A stretch of 64,000 nucleotides of DNA from Pseudomonadota bacterium (GCA_022563685.1 JADFMY010000003.1:4505-68504), one strand, 5' to 3'; positions 1 to 9,631 are shown, numbered from the stretch's first letter. Translations and numbers: made by a program. Notes: a model not told the origin generated them from the letters alone.

Positions 1-384
1 CAGGGATTCTATTTGCTTCTTTAGCTGGTAGAAACGCATTATAATCTCATCCAGCGCCTGTTCGATATAGTCAGACAAAATAGTGGCGACTACCTTTCGG
101 AAATTTACCCCCAGGTCTTCATACTTTGATCCATCGGAGATAAATATATCGGCAGAGACACGGATGAGTAGCTCGTGAACAACCAGTCTTTCGGGACGAA
201 AGAAAACAAGCTGCTGAATGGGAAGTCCGGTGAAATCACTTAATTCAGCAACGGTTTCAATACTGGAAAACATATTTTCCGGGCGAAAAAGAGTTGAGAG
301 GGGCAAATACTTTGGTGGCAATATAGACTGTATGCCTGGATTCCAGGGGCCCTCATCCATTTCCACTTGTTGCGTGGTAGTCAT
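1..384 (-). CDS. Hypothetical protein, N-terminal part (runs off the window edge); last visible gene of the formyl-CoA cluster
   Basis: Manual translation: open frame from ATG at 384 to base 1 (MTTTQQVEMDEGPWNPGIQSILPPKYLPLSTLFRPEN...RPERLVVHELLIRVSAD...), starting 6 bp after the stop of the PanE-like gene. Absent from the ORF track because it has no stop in the window. Confidence 0.75.
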   Translation of the reverse strand, partial: MTTTQQVEMDEGPWNPGIQSILPPKYLPLSTLFRPENMFSSIETVAELSDFTGLPIQQLVFFRPERLVVHELLIRVSADIFISDGSKYEDLGVNFRKVVATILSDYIEQALDEIIMRFYQLKKQIESL

Positions 385-390
385 TCCAGC

Positions 391-1395
391 TTAGATAGAG
401 CGTTCTTTAATATAAACAGACTCTTGCTGAATTTTTCTATTCAGCAGGCTTGCACAGGCATACAACGCCTTTAACGTTGGTGTTTCAACCCCGGTCATTT
501 CGCCCAGTTCGATGACGACACCGAGCATCCCATCGATTTCAAGCGGCTTACCCGCTTCGACATCCTGCAACATCGAAGTCTTATGCCTGCCGACAACCTC
601 AGCACCTTCAATACGCCTTGCAATTGTCACCCGAAAAGAGGCACCCAGGCGTTCGGCGATCTGTTGCGCTTCGCTCATCATAGTCGTTACGAGATCACGA
701 GTCAGCGGATACTGGCAAATATCAACCAGGGTAGAATGACTCAAAGCACTAATTGGATTAAAGCTAAGATTACCCCAGAGTTTCAGCCAAATTTCAGAGC
801 GGATGTCGGTTAGCACGCGAGATTTGAAACCGGCTTCCGTGAATAGCTCGGACACCATTTTGAGGCGATCTGACTCACTACCATCAAGTTCGCCAACGGG
901 GAAGCGATCACCCTCGACGTGCTCAATCACTCCCGGTTGTGAAATCATCGCCGCCGGATAGGCGACACAGCCAATAATTCGCTTTGGGTCGATACCGTTT
1001 GCGAGCACACCGCCAGGATCGACGGTTTCCACAATACGATTTTCATACTCGCCACCATTTCCCTGAAAATACCACCATGGAATACCGTTCTGCAAGGCTA
1101 CCATTACCGTGTCCGGACCAAACAGGGTTTTTAAATCATCGATAACAGGTGCAATCTGGTGAGCTTTCAGGGCTAGCAATATTACATCCTGGAGCCCACA
1201 CTCGGTCATGTCGTTAGTCGCAAACACATTGCGAACACAGCTTTCTTCACTGTTTTGGCGTAAGCTTAAGCCGTTCTCCTTTATCGCAGCGAGGTGTGGG
1301 CCACGAGCTATCAATGACACTTCGTGTCCTTGTTCGGCGATTCGAACCCCCATGTAGCCACCAATTGCACCAGCACCAACAACACATACTTTCAT
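391..1395 (-). CDS. Ketopantoate reductase (PanE/ApbA) family protein, candidate oxalyl-CoA reductase
   Basis: Rossmann motif VVGAGAIG, LKAHQ, LQNGIPWW, WLKLWGN, TSMLQD..GKPLE. Probable start MKVCVV at 1395. Lies in an operon with frc. Confidence 0.85.
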   Translation of the reverse strand: MKVCVVGAGAIGGYMGVRIAEQGHEVSLIARGPHLAAIKENGLSLRQNSEESCVRNVFATNDMTECGLQDVILLALKAHQIAPVIDDLKTLFGPDTVMVALQNGIPWWYFQGNGGEYENRIVETVDPGGVLANGIDPKRIIGCVAYPAAMISQPGVIEHVEGDRFPVGELDGSESDRLKMVSELFTEAGFKSRVLTDIRSEIWLKLWGNLSFNPISALSHSTLVDICQYPLTRDLVTTMMSEAQQIAERLGASFRVTIARRIEGAEVVGRHKTSMLQDVEAGKPLEIDGMLGVVIELGEMTGVETPTLKALYACASLLNRKIQQESVYIKERSI

Positions 1396-1526
1396 GATAA
1401 AAAGTTCAAATATTACCGGCATTAGGGCCGGTATAATTAATAATAATTCGATTGATTAGGGGAAGAGAATTCGCCCCGCTAAATAATCCCGAAAACTGAG
1501 GAAACAACCCTCCCGGCCAGGCTCTC

Positions 1527-2447
1527 CTAGGTCCCTAACTTCACCCCGGTTTCAAGTCCATTCGATGCCGCGTATTCTGCGGCACTAATCTTGCCTTCCC
1601 CGGCCGGGCGTACCCGCGAAATTAATATACCACCATCATCACCCGCAGATACAAGAATTCCCGCATCGCTTACTTCAGCTACGGTACCGGCTTCTCCGTT
1701 AACCGATTCAGTTTTTCGAGCATCGTATATTTGCACGCTTACACCATCGACAGTGCTCCAGGCTCCTGGCTGAGGATTTGCTGCTCGAATTGTGTTGTAA
1801 ATATCCTGGGCGGATTTACTCCAGTCAATCTCTACCTGTGCTTTACCAAACCAGGATTCATAGCTGCCCTCGTCGAGGTTTTGCGCTTGTTTGGGGGCAG
1901 TGCCCGCTTTAACCAGATCGAGTGATTCAATCATCGCATCTACACCCATAGGGAATAATTTATTGAAGTAGACATCCCCCAGAGTATCGTCTGGCCCTAT
2001 ATCACACTCTTTCTGCATTAAAATTGGGCCTTCGTCCAGCCCTGCATTAGGCCAGAATATCGTTAACCCGGTGCGTGTGGCGCCCATCGCAATCGGCCAG
2101 TTTATCGATGAGGGTCCGCGGTGCATTGGTAATAACGAAGGGTGATATTGAAAGGAGCCAAGCCTGGGGGCATCCAGTACTGACTCGGGTACCAATAACA
2201 AAACGTAAGCCATGATGCAGATATCTGCTTCAAAGGATTGCATCAACTCAAGTGATTCAGGCGTTTTCCATGATGCGGGTTGGTGAACCGGCAAGCCTTT
2301 TTCCAGAGCCAGTTGTTTCAATGGATCTAGTGGTTTACCCTCTTTATCGGGTGCCGTGCAAATTGCAACAATATTTTCACCACGTTCGAGCAGACGTTCG
2401 AGAACCGCTTTCCCAAATGTTTGTTGCCCATGAACTACTATACGCAT
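1527..2447 (-). CDS. Formyltransferase-family protein resembling the N-terminal formyltransferase/hydrolase domain of ALDH1L1 (10-formyl-THF dehydrogenase)
   Basis: YHPSLLPMHRGPSSINW, TIFWPNAGLDEGPILMQKEC, PDDT..VYFNKLFPMG, IDW....IYN.IRA.NP.PGAW. GAGG RBS before the ATG at 2447. Confidence 0.85.
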   Translation of the reverse strand: MRIVVHGQQTFGKAVLERLLERGENIVAICTAPDKEGKPLDPLKQLALEKGLPVHQPASWKTPESLELMQSFEADICIMAYVLLLVPESVLDAPRLGSFQYHPSLLPMHRGPSSINWPIAMGATRTGLTIFWPNAGLDEGPILMQKECDIGPDDTLGDVYFNKLFPMGVDAMIESLDLVKAGTAPKQAQNLDEGSYESWFGKAQVEIDWSKSAQDIYNTIRAANPQPGAWSTVDGVSVQIYDARKTESVNGEAGTVAEVSDAGILVSAGDDGGILISRVRPAGEGKISAAEYAASNGLETGVKLGT

Positions 2448-2472
2448 ATCCACACCTCATTATATTTGTTAG

Positions 2473-3723
2473 CTATACCGCGCCCGATTCCTTTATCTCG
2501 GCAATTTCGTCCACACTATACTCCAGCACTTCAGCCAGGATTTCTTCAGTGTGTTCGCCAAGCAACGGTGAACGAGTGACTTCGACCTCGGTGTCTGAAA
2601 GCTTGATCGGGCACCCAACGGTCAAATAACTTCCGCGTTGCGGATGCTCAACTTCGACGATAGTGCCAGTTTCACGCAATGAGGGTTCCTCGGCAATCTC
2701 TTTCATTGAAAGAATCGGGCCAACCGGAATATCAAGCGGGTTACATATATCCATTACTTCGAATTTGGTTTTAGTCATGGTCCAGGCTTCGATTGCGCCA
2801 AATATCTCGTTTAGCCGAGTCAACCGTGCAGGAGGTGTTGCATAATCCGGATGCTCCTTCCATTCCGGTTTTCCAATAACGCCACAGATTTTCTGCCAGA
2901 CCGCAACCTGGGTAATAAAATAGGTATAAGCATTGGGATCGCTCTCCCAACCCTTGCACTTGAGAATTCGACCGGGTTGCCCGCCACCAGAGTCATTCGC
3001 GGCACGTGGCGTTGCATCGCCAAACTCGATGCCTTCACCGAATTGCGAATATTCCTTGAGTGGGCCGTGTTGAAGTCGTTGCTGATCACGTAGTTTAACC
3101 CGACACAAGTTGAGCACCCCGTCCTGCATTGCCGCGAGTACGCGTTGTCCACGCCCTGTTTTTTCGCGTTGCAGCAAGGCGGCCGTGATACCCAATGCCA
3201 GATTCAAACCAGTTCCGGAATCACCAATCTGGGCTCCAGTTACTATCGGGACATCATCGCGAAAGCCAGTCGTCGATGCTGCCCCACCAACGCACTGTGC
3301 GACGTTTTCATACACCTTACAGTTTTCATAGGGTCCGGGCCCAAATCCTTTGATTGAAGCCATGATCATTCGAGGGTTCAACTCCTGTATACGTTCCCAG
3401 CCAAAACCCATTCGATCGAGCGCTCCAGGCGCAAAATTTTCTACCAGCACATCACACTTTTTCACCAGGCGTTCCAGCACTCGCTTACCGGTTTCGCTTT
3501 TGGAATTGAGTGTCAACGAGCGTTTGTTGTGGTTGAGCATGGTGAAGTAGAGGCTATCGGCGCCTTCCACATCGACTAATTGCTTTCTCGTAGCATCACC
3601 CACCCCCGGGCGTTCTACCTTGATAACATCTGCGCCCAACCAGGCTAATAATTGCGTGCAGGTAGGCCCAGACTGGACGTGTGTGAAGTCCAGTATTCTG
3701 ATGCCATCGAGTGCTTTTGACAT
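2473..3723 (-). CDS. frc: Formyl-CoA transferase (class III CoA transferase)
   Basis: [26 protein letters not shown], catalytic Asp in [14 protein letters not shown] glycine loop, SPLLGEHT. Confidence 0.93.
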   Translation of the reverse strand: MSKALDGIRILDFTHVQSGPTCTQLLAWLGADVIKVERPGVGDATRKQLVDVEGADSLYFTMLNHNKRSLTLNSKSETGKRVLERLVKKCDVLVENFAPGALDRMGFGWERIQELNPRMIMASIKGFGPGPYENCKVYENVAQCVGGAASTTGFRDDVPIVTGAQIGDSGTGLNLALGITAALLQREKTGRGQRVLAAMQDGVLNLCRVKLRDQQRLQHGPLKEYSQFGEGIEFGDATPRAANDSGGGQPGRILKCKGWESDPNAYTYFITQVAVWQKICGVIGKPEWKEHPDYATPPARLTRLNEIFGAIEAWTMTKTKFEVMDICNPLDIPVGPILSMKEIAEEPSLRETGTIVEVEHPQRGSYLTVGCPIKLSDTEVEVTRSPLLGEHTEEILAEVLEYSVDEIAEIKESGAV

Positions 3724-3810
3724 TGTTTACCTCTGTAAAATTGACTATGCCTGGGTGAAAAGATCGCCAGTTGTGCCTGCTCCTGGACCATTTCTCACCA
3801 ATAAAATAAG

Positions 3811-5565
3811 CTACTTATACATCGTCTGCGCCTTGGTTCCTGGCGCGTATTCGTTCGGATCTACCCAGACATTTACGACGGCGCATTTGCCGGTTTTTGC
3901 AATGGCTTCACGGGCTCGTTGCAACGCTGGCTGTATCTCCCTGGCTTCATGGACCTCTTCGCCATAACCGCCGATCATTTCGGCGAATTTGGAGAAAGGC
4001 ACGTCGCCGAGCTTGTTACCGACATTGCCGCGCTCCTGACCATACTTGGCAAGCTGACCATAGCGAATTTGATTCATTGACGAGTTATTGCCAACGACCG
4101 CAAGATAAGGTGCGCCAAAGCGCTGTGCGGTTTCCATATCGAACGAGGTCATTCCAAATGCCCCATCGCCATAGAGACAGATGACCTCCTTGTTCGGGTG
4201 TGCGAGTTTCGCAGCCATCGAAAAACCGGTTCCTACTCCAAGCGAACCGAGTGCGCCCGGGTCCATCCACTGACCTGGATTACGCGGACGAACCGCCTGC
4301 GCCGAAATCGTCACTATGTCGCCACCATCGCCGATATAAATGGTGTCTTCACCCAGGAATTCATTTATCTCCCAGGCCAGCCGGTAAGGGTGGATAGGAT
4401 TTTGATCGCTGGTAAACATCGGCATCAATTTTTCAAGCTTCGTTGCTTCAATATCACCTAGTTCAGCCATCCATTTTTTACGCTCCTGCCGCGCGCCCTG
4501 ATCAGTACGACCCGATGCCGCCTGCTCGACCGCGGCTAAAATTGCACCGGGATCGCCGACCAGACCAAGACTGATACTACGGTTCTTGCCGACCGTCGTA
4601 TAACTTTGATCGATTTGCACCAGGGTGGCGTCTTCGGAAATTCGCTTGCCATATCCCATCCTGAAGTCGAAAGGCGTTCCAACGATCAAAATTACATCGG
4701 CATTTTTGAAAGCATCGCTGCGAGTACGATCAAAGTGGTGCGGATCGCTCTGCGGCAACATACCTCTGCTCGCTCCATTCATATAAGCTGGAATATCGAG
4801 CGCCCGAATAAAGCTGATGGCCGCTTCATGACCCCGCGAAATCCATACCTGCTGACCCAACAGTACCGCTGGTCGTTTAGCTTTTACCAATATATCGGCC
4901 AGTTTTTCTATGTCCGCCGGATCACCGATGGATTTCACCGATGCCCGGTATGAACCCGGCTCGGGAATAACTGCGGTTTCAATTGGAATTTCGCGATCCA
5001 GAATATCCCGTGGAATTTCGAGGTACGAAGGGCCATAGGCGCCATTGAAACACTCACGCGCAGCCATCGACACCATATCGGCAATACGTTCGGTAGAAAA
5101 TACACCCGAGGCAAACTTGGTAATTGGTTTCATCATGTCTACATGCGGAAGATCCTGCAATGAACCCATCTTATGCTGGGCCAGAGAACTTTGCCCGCCG
5201 ATGTGCAGTATTGGGCTTTCAGATCGAAATGCGGTCGCTATGCCGGTCACCGCATTGGTACAGCCCGGGCCAGCTGTGGTGACGACACAACCCAGTTTTC
5301 CTGTTTGGCGCGAGTAGCCATCAGCCGCGTGGGCAGCGGTCTGTTCGTGGCGCACATCGACTATGCGAATGCCTTCGTCAAGACAACCATCGTAGATGTC
5401 GATTATGTGGCCACCGCACAAGGTAAATATTGTATCTACACCTTCTGTCTTAAGCGCCTTAGCCACAAGATGGCCACCAGAGATGACCGAACCATCCTTA
5501 TTTTTTTGTTTTAAGGTGTCACTTGCGGTATCCGATACCGATTTTATGTCTGCACTTGTTGTCAT
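3811..5565 (-). CDS. ThDP-dependent enzyme of the ILVBL/acetolactate-synthase-like type; candidate oxalyl-CoA decarboxylase or 2-hydroxyacyl-CoA lyase
   Basis: FTLCGGHI, catalytic Glu in RHEQ, TAGPG, ThDP motif GDG...NN (YGDGAFG...VGNNSS). Directly upstream of frc. Confidence 0.85.
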   Translation of the reverse strand: MTTSADIKSVSDTASDTLKQKNKDGSVISGGHLVAKALKTEGVDTIFTLCGGHIIDIYDGCLDEGIRIVDVRHEQTAAHAADGYSRQTGKLGCVVTTAGPGCTNAVTGIATAFRSESPILHIGGQSSLAQHKMGSLQDLPHVDMMKPITKFASGVFSTERIADMVSMAARECFNGAYGPSYLEIPRDILDREIPIETAVIPEPGSYRASVKSIGDPADIEKLADILVKAKRPAVLLGQQVWISRGHEAAISFIRALDIPAYMNGASRGMLPQSDPHHFDRTRSDAFKNADVILIVGTPFDFRMGYGKRISEDATLVQIDQSYTTVGKNRSISLGLVGDPGAILAAVEQAASGRTDQGARQERKKWMAELGDIEATKLEKLMPMFTSDQNPIHPYRLAWEINEFLGEDTIYIGDGGDIVTISAQAVRPRNPGQWMDPGALGSLGVGTGFSMAAKLAHPNKEVICLYGDGAFGMTSFDMETAQRFGAPYLAVVGNNSSMNQIRYGQLAKYGQERGNVGNKLGDVPFSKFAEMIGGYGEEVHEAREIQPALQRAREAIAKTGKCAVVNVWVDPNEYAPGTKAQTMYK

Positions 5566-5664
5566 CTTTCACCTCAAAAATTTCTCAGCCTGGATAATCA
5601 TCATTAATCGTTCTACGGTGGCTGACTGCCGTAGGCCTGGTTTAGCAAACTTTTATTGCCGACA

Positions 5665-6351
5665 TCAATCTAAATAATCGACATATTTATCGACATGTTT
5701 GGCCAATTCGAGCGCATGATCTCTGACCAACTGCTCGGCGTGCGATGAATCCCTTTTCTCGATCGCCTCGATAATTCGAATATGGTCGATAACGGAACGA
5801 GAGATCCGATCTCGTTCCTTTATCGTGCTTGCGCGAATCGCACGCATATGAAAAAACAATTGATCGGACATCTGGGTTATCAAGGTTGATGCCCCCAGTT
5901 TAATAATCGTCTGATGAAACCTGACATTAGTCTCGGAGTATTCATCGATGTGCGCTCTTGCTTCTTCGCTATCGTCAAAAGTCGTAAAATCCCGGCGTAG
6001 GCCTGCGATCTCAGCATCGCTGGCTCGACTCGTTGCCAGCCTCGCAGCCATACTCTCAAGTGCTGCCCAGACATCGATCATATCGAGTATTTCATCCTTC
6101 GTTTTTCGTACCACGAAAGCACCTCTGCGAGCGATGTTCCGCACCAGACCTTCCTGCTCAAGTCTCGATATCGCTTCACGAACCGGGGTTCTGCTTACGC
6201 CGAGGTGCTCGCCCAGAGCCCTTTCATCCAGACGAGGTAGTTCCTGACCCGAGTAAATATCCATTTGACCAATGATCTCCTTCAGCGCCTCGTAGACCCG
6301 TGTTTTGAGTACTTTGGCAGGTTCCAGTGGAACAATATTCAGGTTCTTCAC
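5665..6351 (-). CDS. GntR family (FCD domain) transcriptional regulator
   Basis: wHTH LGVSRTPVREAISRLEQEGLV; FCD metal residues N..FH and DH..I...H. Confidence 0.92.
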   Translation of the reverse strand: MKNLNIVPLEPAKVLKTRVYEALKEIIGQMDIYSGQELPRLDERALGEHLGVSRTPVREAISRLEQEGLVRNIARRGAFVVRKTKDEILDMIDVWAALESMAARLATSRASDAEIAGLRRDFTTFDDSEEARAHIDEYSETNVRFHQTIIKLGASTLITQMSDQLFFHMRAIRASTIKERDRISRSVIDHIRIIEAIEKRDSSHAEQLVRDHALELAKHVDKYVDYLD

Positions 6352-6414
6352 CTTGAGTCTCCGATAAATTCATTTAAGAGCCGCGACCCAATTGCCCAAC
6401 GCCCACAATGGTCA

Positions 6415-7935
6415 CTAGGCCTGTTGCTTACGAAGCTTGTCATAACCCAGCTTAAATAATGGTAAGAATAAAAAAATCAGAGCGGTAATCATGATCGGTC
6501 CCGCGTAGGTACGGGTAAAGAAAATCGCGAATGACCCATCACTGATTAGCAATGATTGCCGCATAGCCGGCTCAGCCAGCGGTCCCAGCACGATCGCCAG
6601 TACAGCAGGCGCCAGGGGGTAATCCAGTTTCCGCATCAGGTACCCGACAATACCAAAAACAACCATCAGCCGGACATCATGCAAATTCTGGGTTGGAGCA
6701 TATCCACCGATCAGGCATAAGATGAAAATGATTGGCGCCAAAATCGTAAACGGGGTCTTGAGTATTTTTATAAATACAGGAATAAAGGCCACATTAATCA
6801 TCACCGCAAACAGATTAGCCGCATACAGGGAAGCGATTAAACCCCACACAAAATCGCTGTGATCTACAAACAACATCGGGCCCGGTTCCAATCCCCAAAT
6901 TACCATTCCACCGAGCAATATCGCTGTGGTCGGGGAACCCGGAATACCCAGGGTCAACATTGGCAGCATCGAGCCAGTACTTGCCGCATTATTAGCCGCC
7001 TCTGGCGCGCACACACCGTCTAACGCACCCTTGCCAAATTTTTCCGGCTCTTTCGACATTTGCTTGGCCATGCCATAGGCCATTAATGAGGCAGGAGTAG
7101 CGCCAGCCGCCGGCAGTATGCCGACAAAATAGCCCAGAAATGACCCCATTAGCATTGATTTCCATTTCGTCATCAGTTCCCGCAAATTGCTCATGGTTCG
7201 TTTTACCGTGACAGTGGCCTCAGACAGCATACTTTTCCCGCCACCGAGAGTGTGTTCCTCAACTGTCCAGAGCATTTCACCGATGCCATAAATTCCAATC
7301 GCTAATACTAAAAAGTTTACTCCGTGTAAAAAACCTGTGATGTCCCATAGAACCAGGCGAGGTTCACCGGAGATAATATCGAAGCCGACTGCACTCAATA
7401 CCAGCCCGATAGAAATTGAGAAAAGAGTCTTAAAAATATCATCGCTACCCAGCCCGACGAAAGTAGCAAAAGCCAGCATCATCAACGCGAATTCCTCGGG
7501 CGCACCAAACACCAGAGCGACATGCGCAAGTGGTGGCGCGAAAAAAGTAAACAGCACAACAGAAATGGAGCCGCCGACAAACGAAGCCATTGCGGCGGCC
7601 GTCAGGGCTTTATCGGCCTGACCTTGCTTGGCCAAAGGCCGGCCATCAAAGGTCGTAGCAACTGCAGTCGATGCCCCGGGTATCCCAAGCATTATCGAAG
7701 AGATAGCGCCGCCATACATAGCGCCGTAATAGATAGCACAAAGAAATATGATGGCCCCGGTTGGTGGAACCAAAAATGTCAGCGGCAAAAGAATAGCCAC
7801 GCCGTTGACCGAGCCCAAACCGGGCATTGCGCCTATAAACAGGCCTAACGCGCAACCTGCGATGATTAACAGCAAATTCTGCGGTTCAAATACGACCGTG
7901 AACCCGCTAGCGAGGAGTCCTAGAGTTTCAAGCAT
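6415..7935 (-). CDS. tctA: Tripartite tricarboxylate transporter large subunit TctA
   Basis: GAMPGLG, YYGAMYGGAISSIMLGIPG, APEAANNA, TLGIPGSPTTA; many TM segments. Confidence 0.93.
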   Translation of the reverse strand: MLETLGLLASGFTVVFEPQNLLLIIAGCALGLFIGAMPGLGSVNGVAILLPLTFLVPPTGAIIFLCAIYYGAMYGGAISSIMLGIPGASTAVATTFDGRPLAKQGQADKALTAAAMASFVGGSISVVLFTFFAPPLAHVALVFGAPEEFALMMLAFATFVGLGSDDIFKTLFSISIGLVLSAVGFDIISGEPRLVLWDITGFLHGVNFLVLAIGIYGIGEMLWTVEEHTLGGGKSMLSEATVTVKRTMSNLRELMTKWKSMLMGSFLGYFVGILPAAGATPASLMAYGMAKQMSKEPEKFGKGALDGVCAPEAANNAASTGSMLPMLTLGIPGSPTTAILLGGMVIWGLEPGPMLFVDHSDFVWGLIASLYAANLFAVMINVAFIPVFIKILKTPFTILAPIIFILCLIGGYAPTQNLHDVRLMVVFGIVGYLMRKLDYPLAPAVLAIVLGPLAEPAMRQSLLISDGSFAIFFTRTYAGPIMITALIFLFLPLFKLGYDKLRKQQA

Positions 7936-7975
7936 ATTCCTGTCTCTTTTTCAGTACCGAGAGGTATTTAAACGT

Positions 7976-8479
7976 CTAAAAAAATATCTTGTAGAGCGGT
8001 ATAAACAGGGGTTCTGTAATCCCTTTCGGAAGAATAATTTTCAGTGTTACTTCGAAAAAATAAAATATAAACATCGGTATTGAAATTGCCAGGGTGGTGG
8101 TAAGCTTCCAGGAGTGTTTACCCATGAATCGAAGGTAAAAAAGCAGGAATAAAGGCAGTGCGCCATAGATTCCGATAAACGAAAATAAACCAACCGTTAC
8201 GATCAATGAGATTGCGACAGCGCCCACATCGACCAGCACATGGGGCTCGATGTAAAGCTTTTCAGAGCTAGCGATCGGGCCGTGTTTTCGAAACCAGTTA
8301 AACAGGATTCCCAGGCAGGAAATCAACATGATGCTTGCCAACCAGAACGGCCATGCGCCACCGCCCGGACCTTCACCGTCTATCCAGCCGATCGGCAGTT
8401 CAGTACTTTTATACATAAGGTAGATGGAGAAGGTCCCCATCATTACGGCCATCAACAATTCAGCAGTCCGAACCGTCAT
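7976..8479 (-). CDS. tctB: Tripartite tricarboxylate transporter small subunit TctB
   Basis: GPGGGAWPFW, about 4 TM segments, C-terminal LPKG; lies between tctC and tctA. Confidence 0.85.
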   Translation of the reverse strand: MTVRTAELLMAVMMGTFSIYLMYKSTELPIGWIDGEGPGGGAWPFWLASIMLISCLGILFNWFRKHGPIASSEKLYIEPHVLVDVGAVAISLIVTVGLFSFIGIYGALPLFLLFYLRFMGKHSWKLTTTLAISIPMFIFYFFEVTLKIILPKGITEPLFIPLYKIFF

Positions 8480-8529
8480 GATTGAGAGCCCTCCATCTAC
8501 ACTGATGTATTAATATTTATGAAATAGTT

Positions 8530-9516
8530 TTACTTAATGGCGCCCATGTCCCTGAGCATTACCTCGTGTATATCGCGCTCAATTTTCCAGTAACTCATCA
8601 AGGCATTGCCAGTTAACAGATCTCCCTGCAAGCTCTTTTTGGTGCGATATTCCTGCCACTTGGCAGAATTGAATACGCGCGTAAAGAGATCAGTGTAATA
8701 AGCCTGCGCTTCTTTGCTCATTCCAGGAGCACCTACGACAGTGCGCTGCATGAAGTATACGAAGTCCTTACCCAATTCTTTAAAAGTGGGTGCATTGGGG
8801 AAGAGTGGTAAACGTTCGGGAGTAAAGGCTGCCAGGGCTTTGGTTATACCCGCTTCATAGAATCCCAACTGTTCCGAGGGGTTATTGACTGTTGAATCAG
8901 CATTCTTACCCGCGAGCTCTTTAGCAACCTTGCCGCCACCCTTGTAAGGTACGTATTTCATCTCCAGCCCGTAGGCAGTGTTAAGAAAATCGGTTAACAG
9001 GTTATCTTCCGAGTTCTTACCGGTACCAGCCATGATCCAATTGCTACCTTTGGCTTTAGCCGCCTTGACAAAGTCAGCCACATTGTTGATGTCCTTACGG
9101 TCGGTATGCACCCACAGCAGGAAGGTGTCTTCGGCCATACGAGCAATTGGTGTAAAGGTAGCGATATCTATACCTAGCGCTGGTTGACGCAATGGTGTTG
9201 TGTAAAAGCTGTTCAGAGTAAACATGATGGTATGGTTATCGCCTGTTTTACCTTTCAGGTGAATCAGGGCTTCGGCGCCAGTTCCACCAGGCTTATTGAT
9301 CGGCGTGAATGGAACCGGTGCCATATTTTCTGATGCAATAATATTTTGCATCAATCTAACGGCCTTATCTGCACCGCCGCCTTTACCAGCCATAACAACA
9401 AATTCAACCGGTTTTATAGGTTCCCAGGCTTGCCCGATAGCTGGCAGACCTGCCAGGATCGCGCTTGCGCCGATAACACAAATCAATTTTTTGAACGTGC
9501 ATTGTGGTTTAAACAT
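8530..9516 (-). CDS. tctC: Tripartite tricarboxylate transporter substrate-binding protein TctC (Bug family)
   Basis: Signal peptide, KPVEFVV..GKGGGAD, NKPGGTGA, YVPYKGGG, PTFKELG. Probable start MFKPQ at 9516. Confidence 0.9.
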   Translation of the reverse strand: MFKPQCTFKKLICVIGASAILAGLPAIGQAWEPIKPVEFVVMAGKGGGADKAVRLMQNIIASENMAPVPFTPINKPGGTGAEALIHLKGKTGDNHTIMFTLNSFYTTPLRQPALGIDIATFTPIARMAEDTFLLWVHTDRKDINNVADFVKAAKAKGSNWIMAGTGKNSEDNLLTDFLNTAYGLEMKYVPYKGGGKVAKELAGKNADSTVNNPSEQLGFYEAGITKALAAFTPERLPLFPNAPTFKELGKDFVYFMQRTVVGAPGMSKEAQAYYTDLFTRVFNSAKWQEYRTKKSLQGDLLTGNALMSYWKIERDIHEVMLRDMGAIK

Positions 9517-9631
9517 TATACGTATCCTCCAATTGTGACAGGTCAGCTTCGACCTAAAAAAAATGCCTCCAACCAATTGCCGGAAACATTACTTCGTCAG
9601 CTCCCCCCTACGAGGTGCCTTTGTACCCTAA

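Noticed and set aside
1527-2447. Annotation as housekeeping methionyl-tRNA formyltransferase (fmt)
   Set aside because: It lacks the N-x-H Asn and the RPAGRG loop, has no def or rsmB neighbours, and sits in a catabolic operon.
3750-3802. Imperfect stem-loop between the ThDP gene and frc
   Set aside because: It may stabilise mRNA but is too imperfect to call as a feature.
3811-5565. Gene symbol oxc or ilvB
   Set aside because: The motifs differ from canonical Oxc and there is no AHAS small subunit, so the function is left as a candidate.
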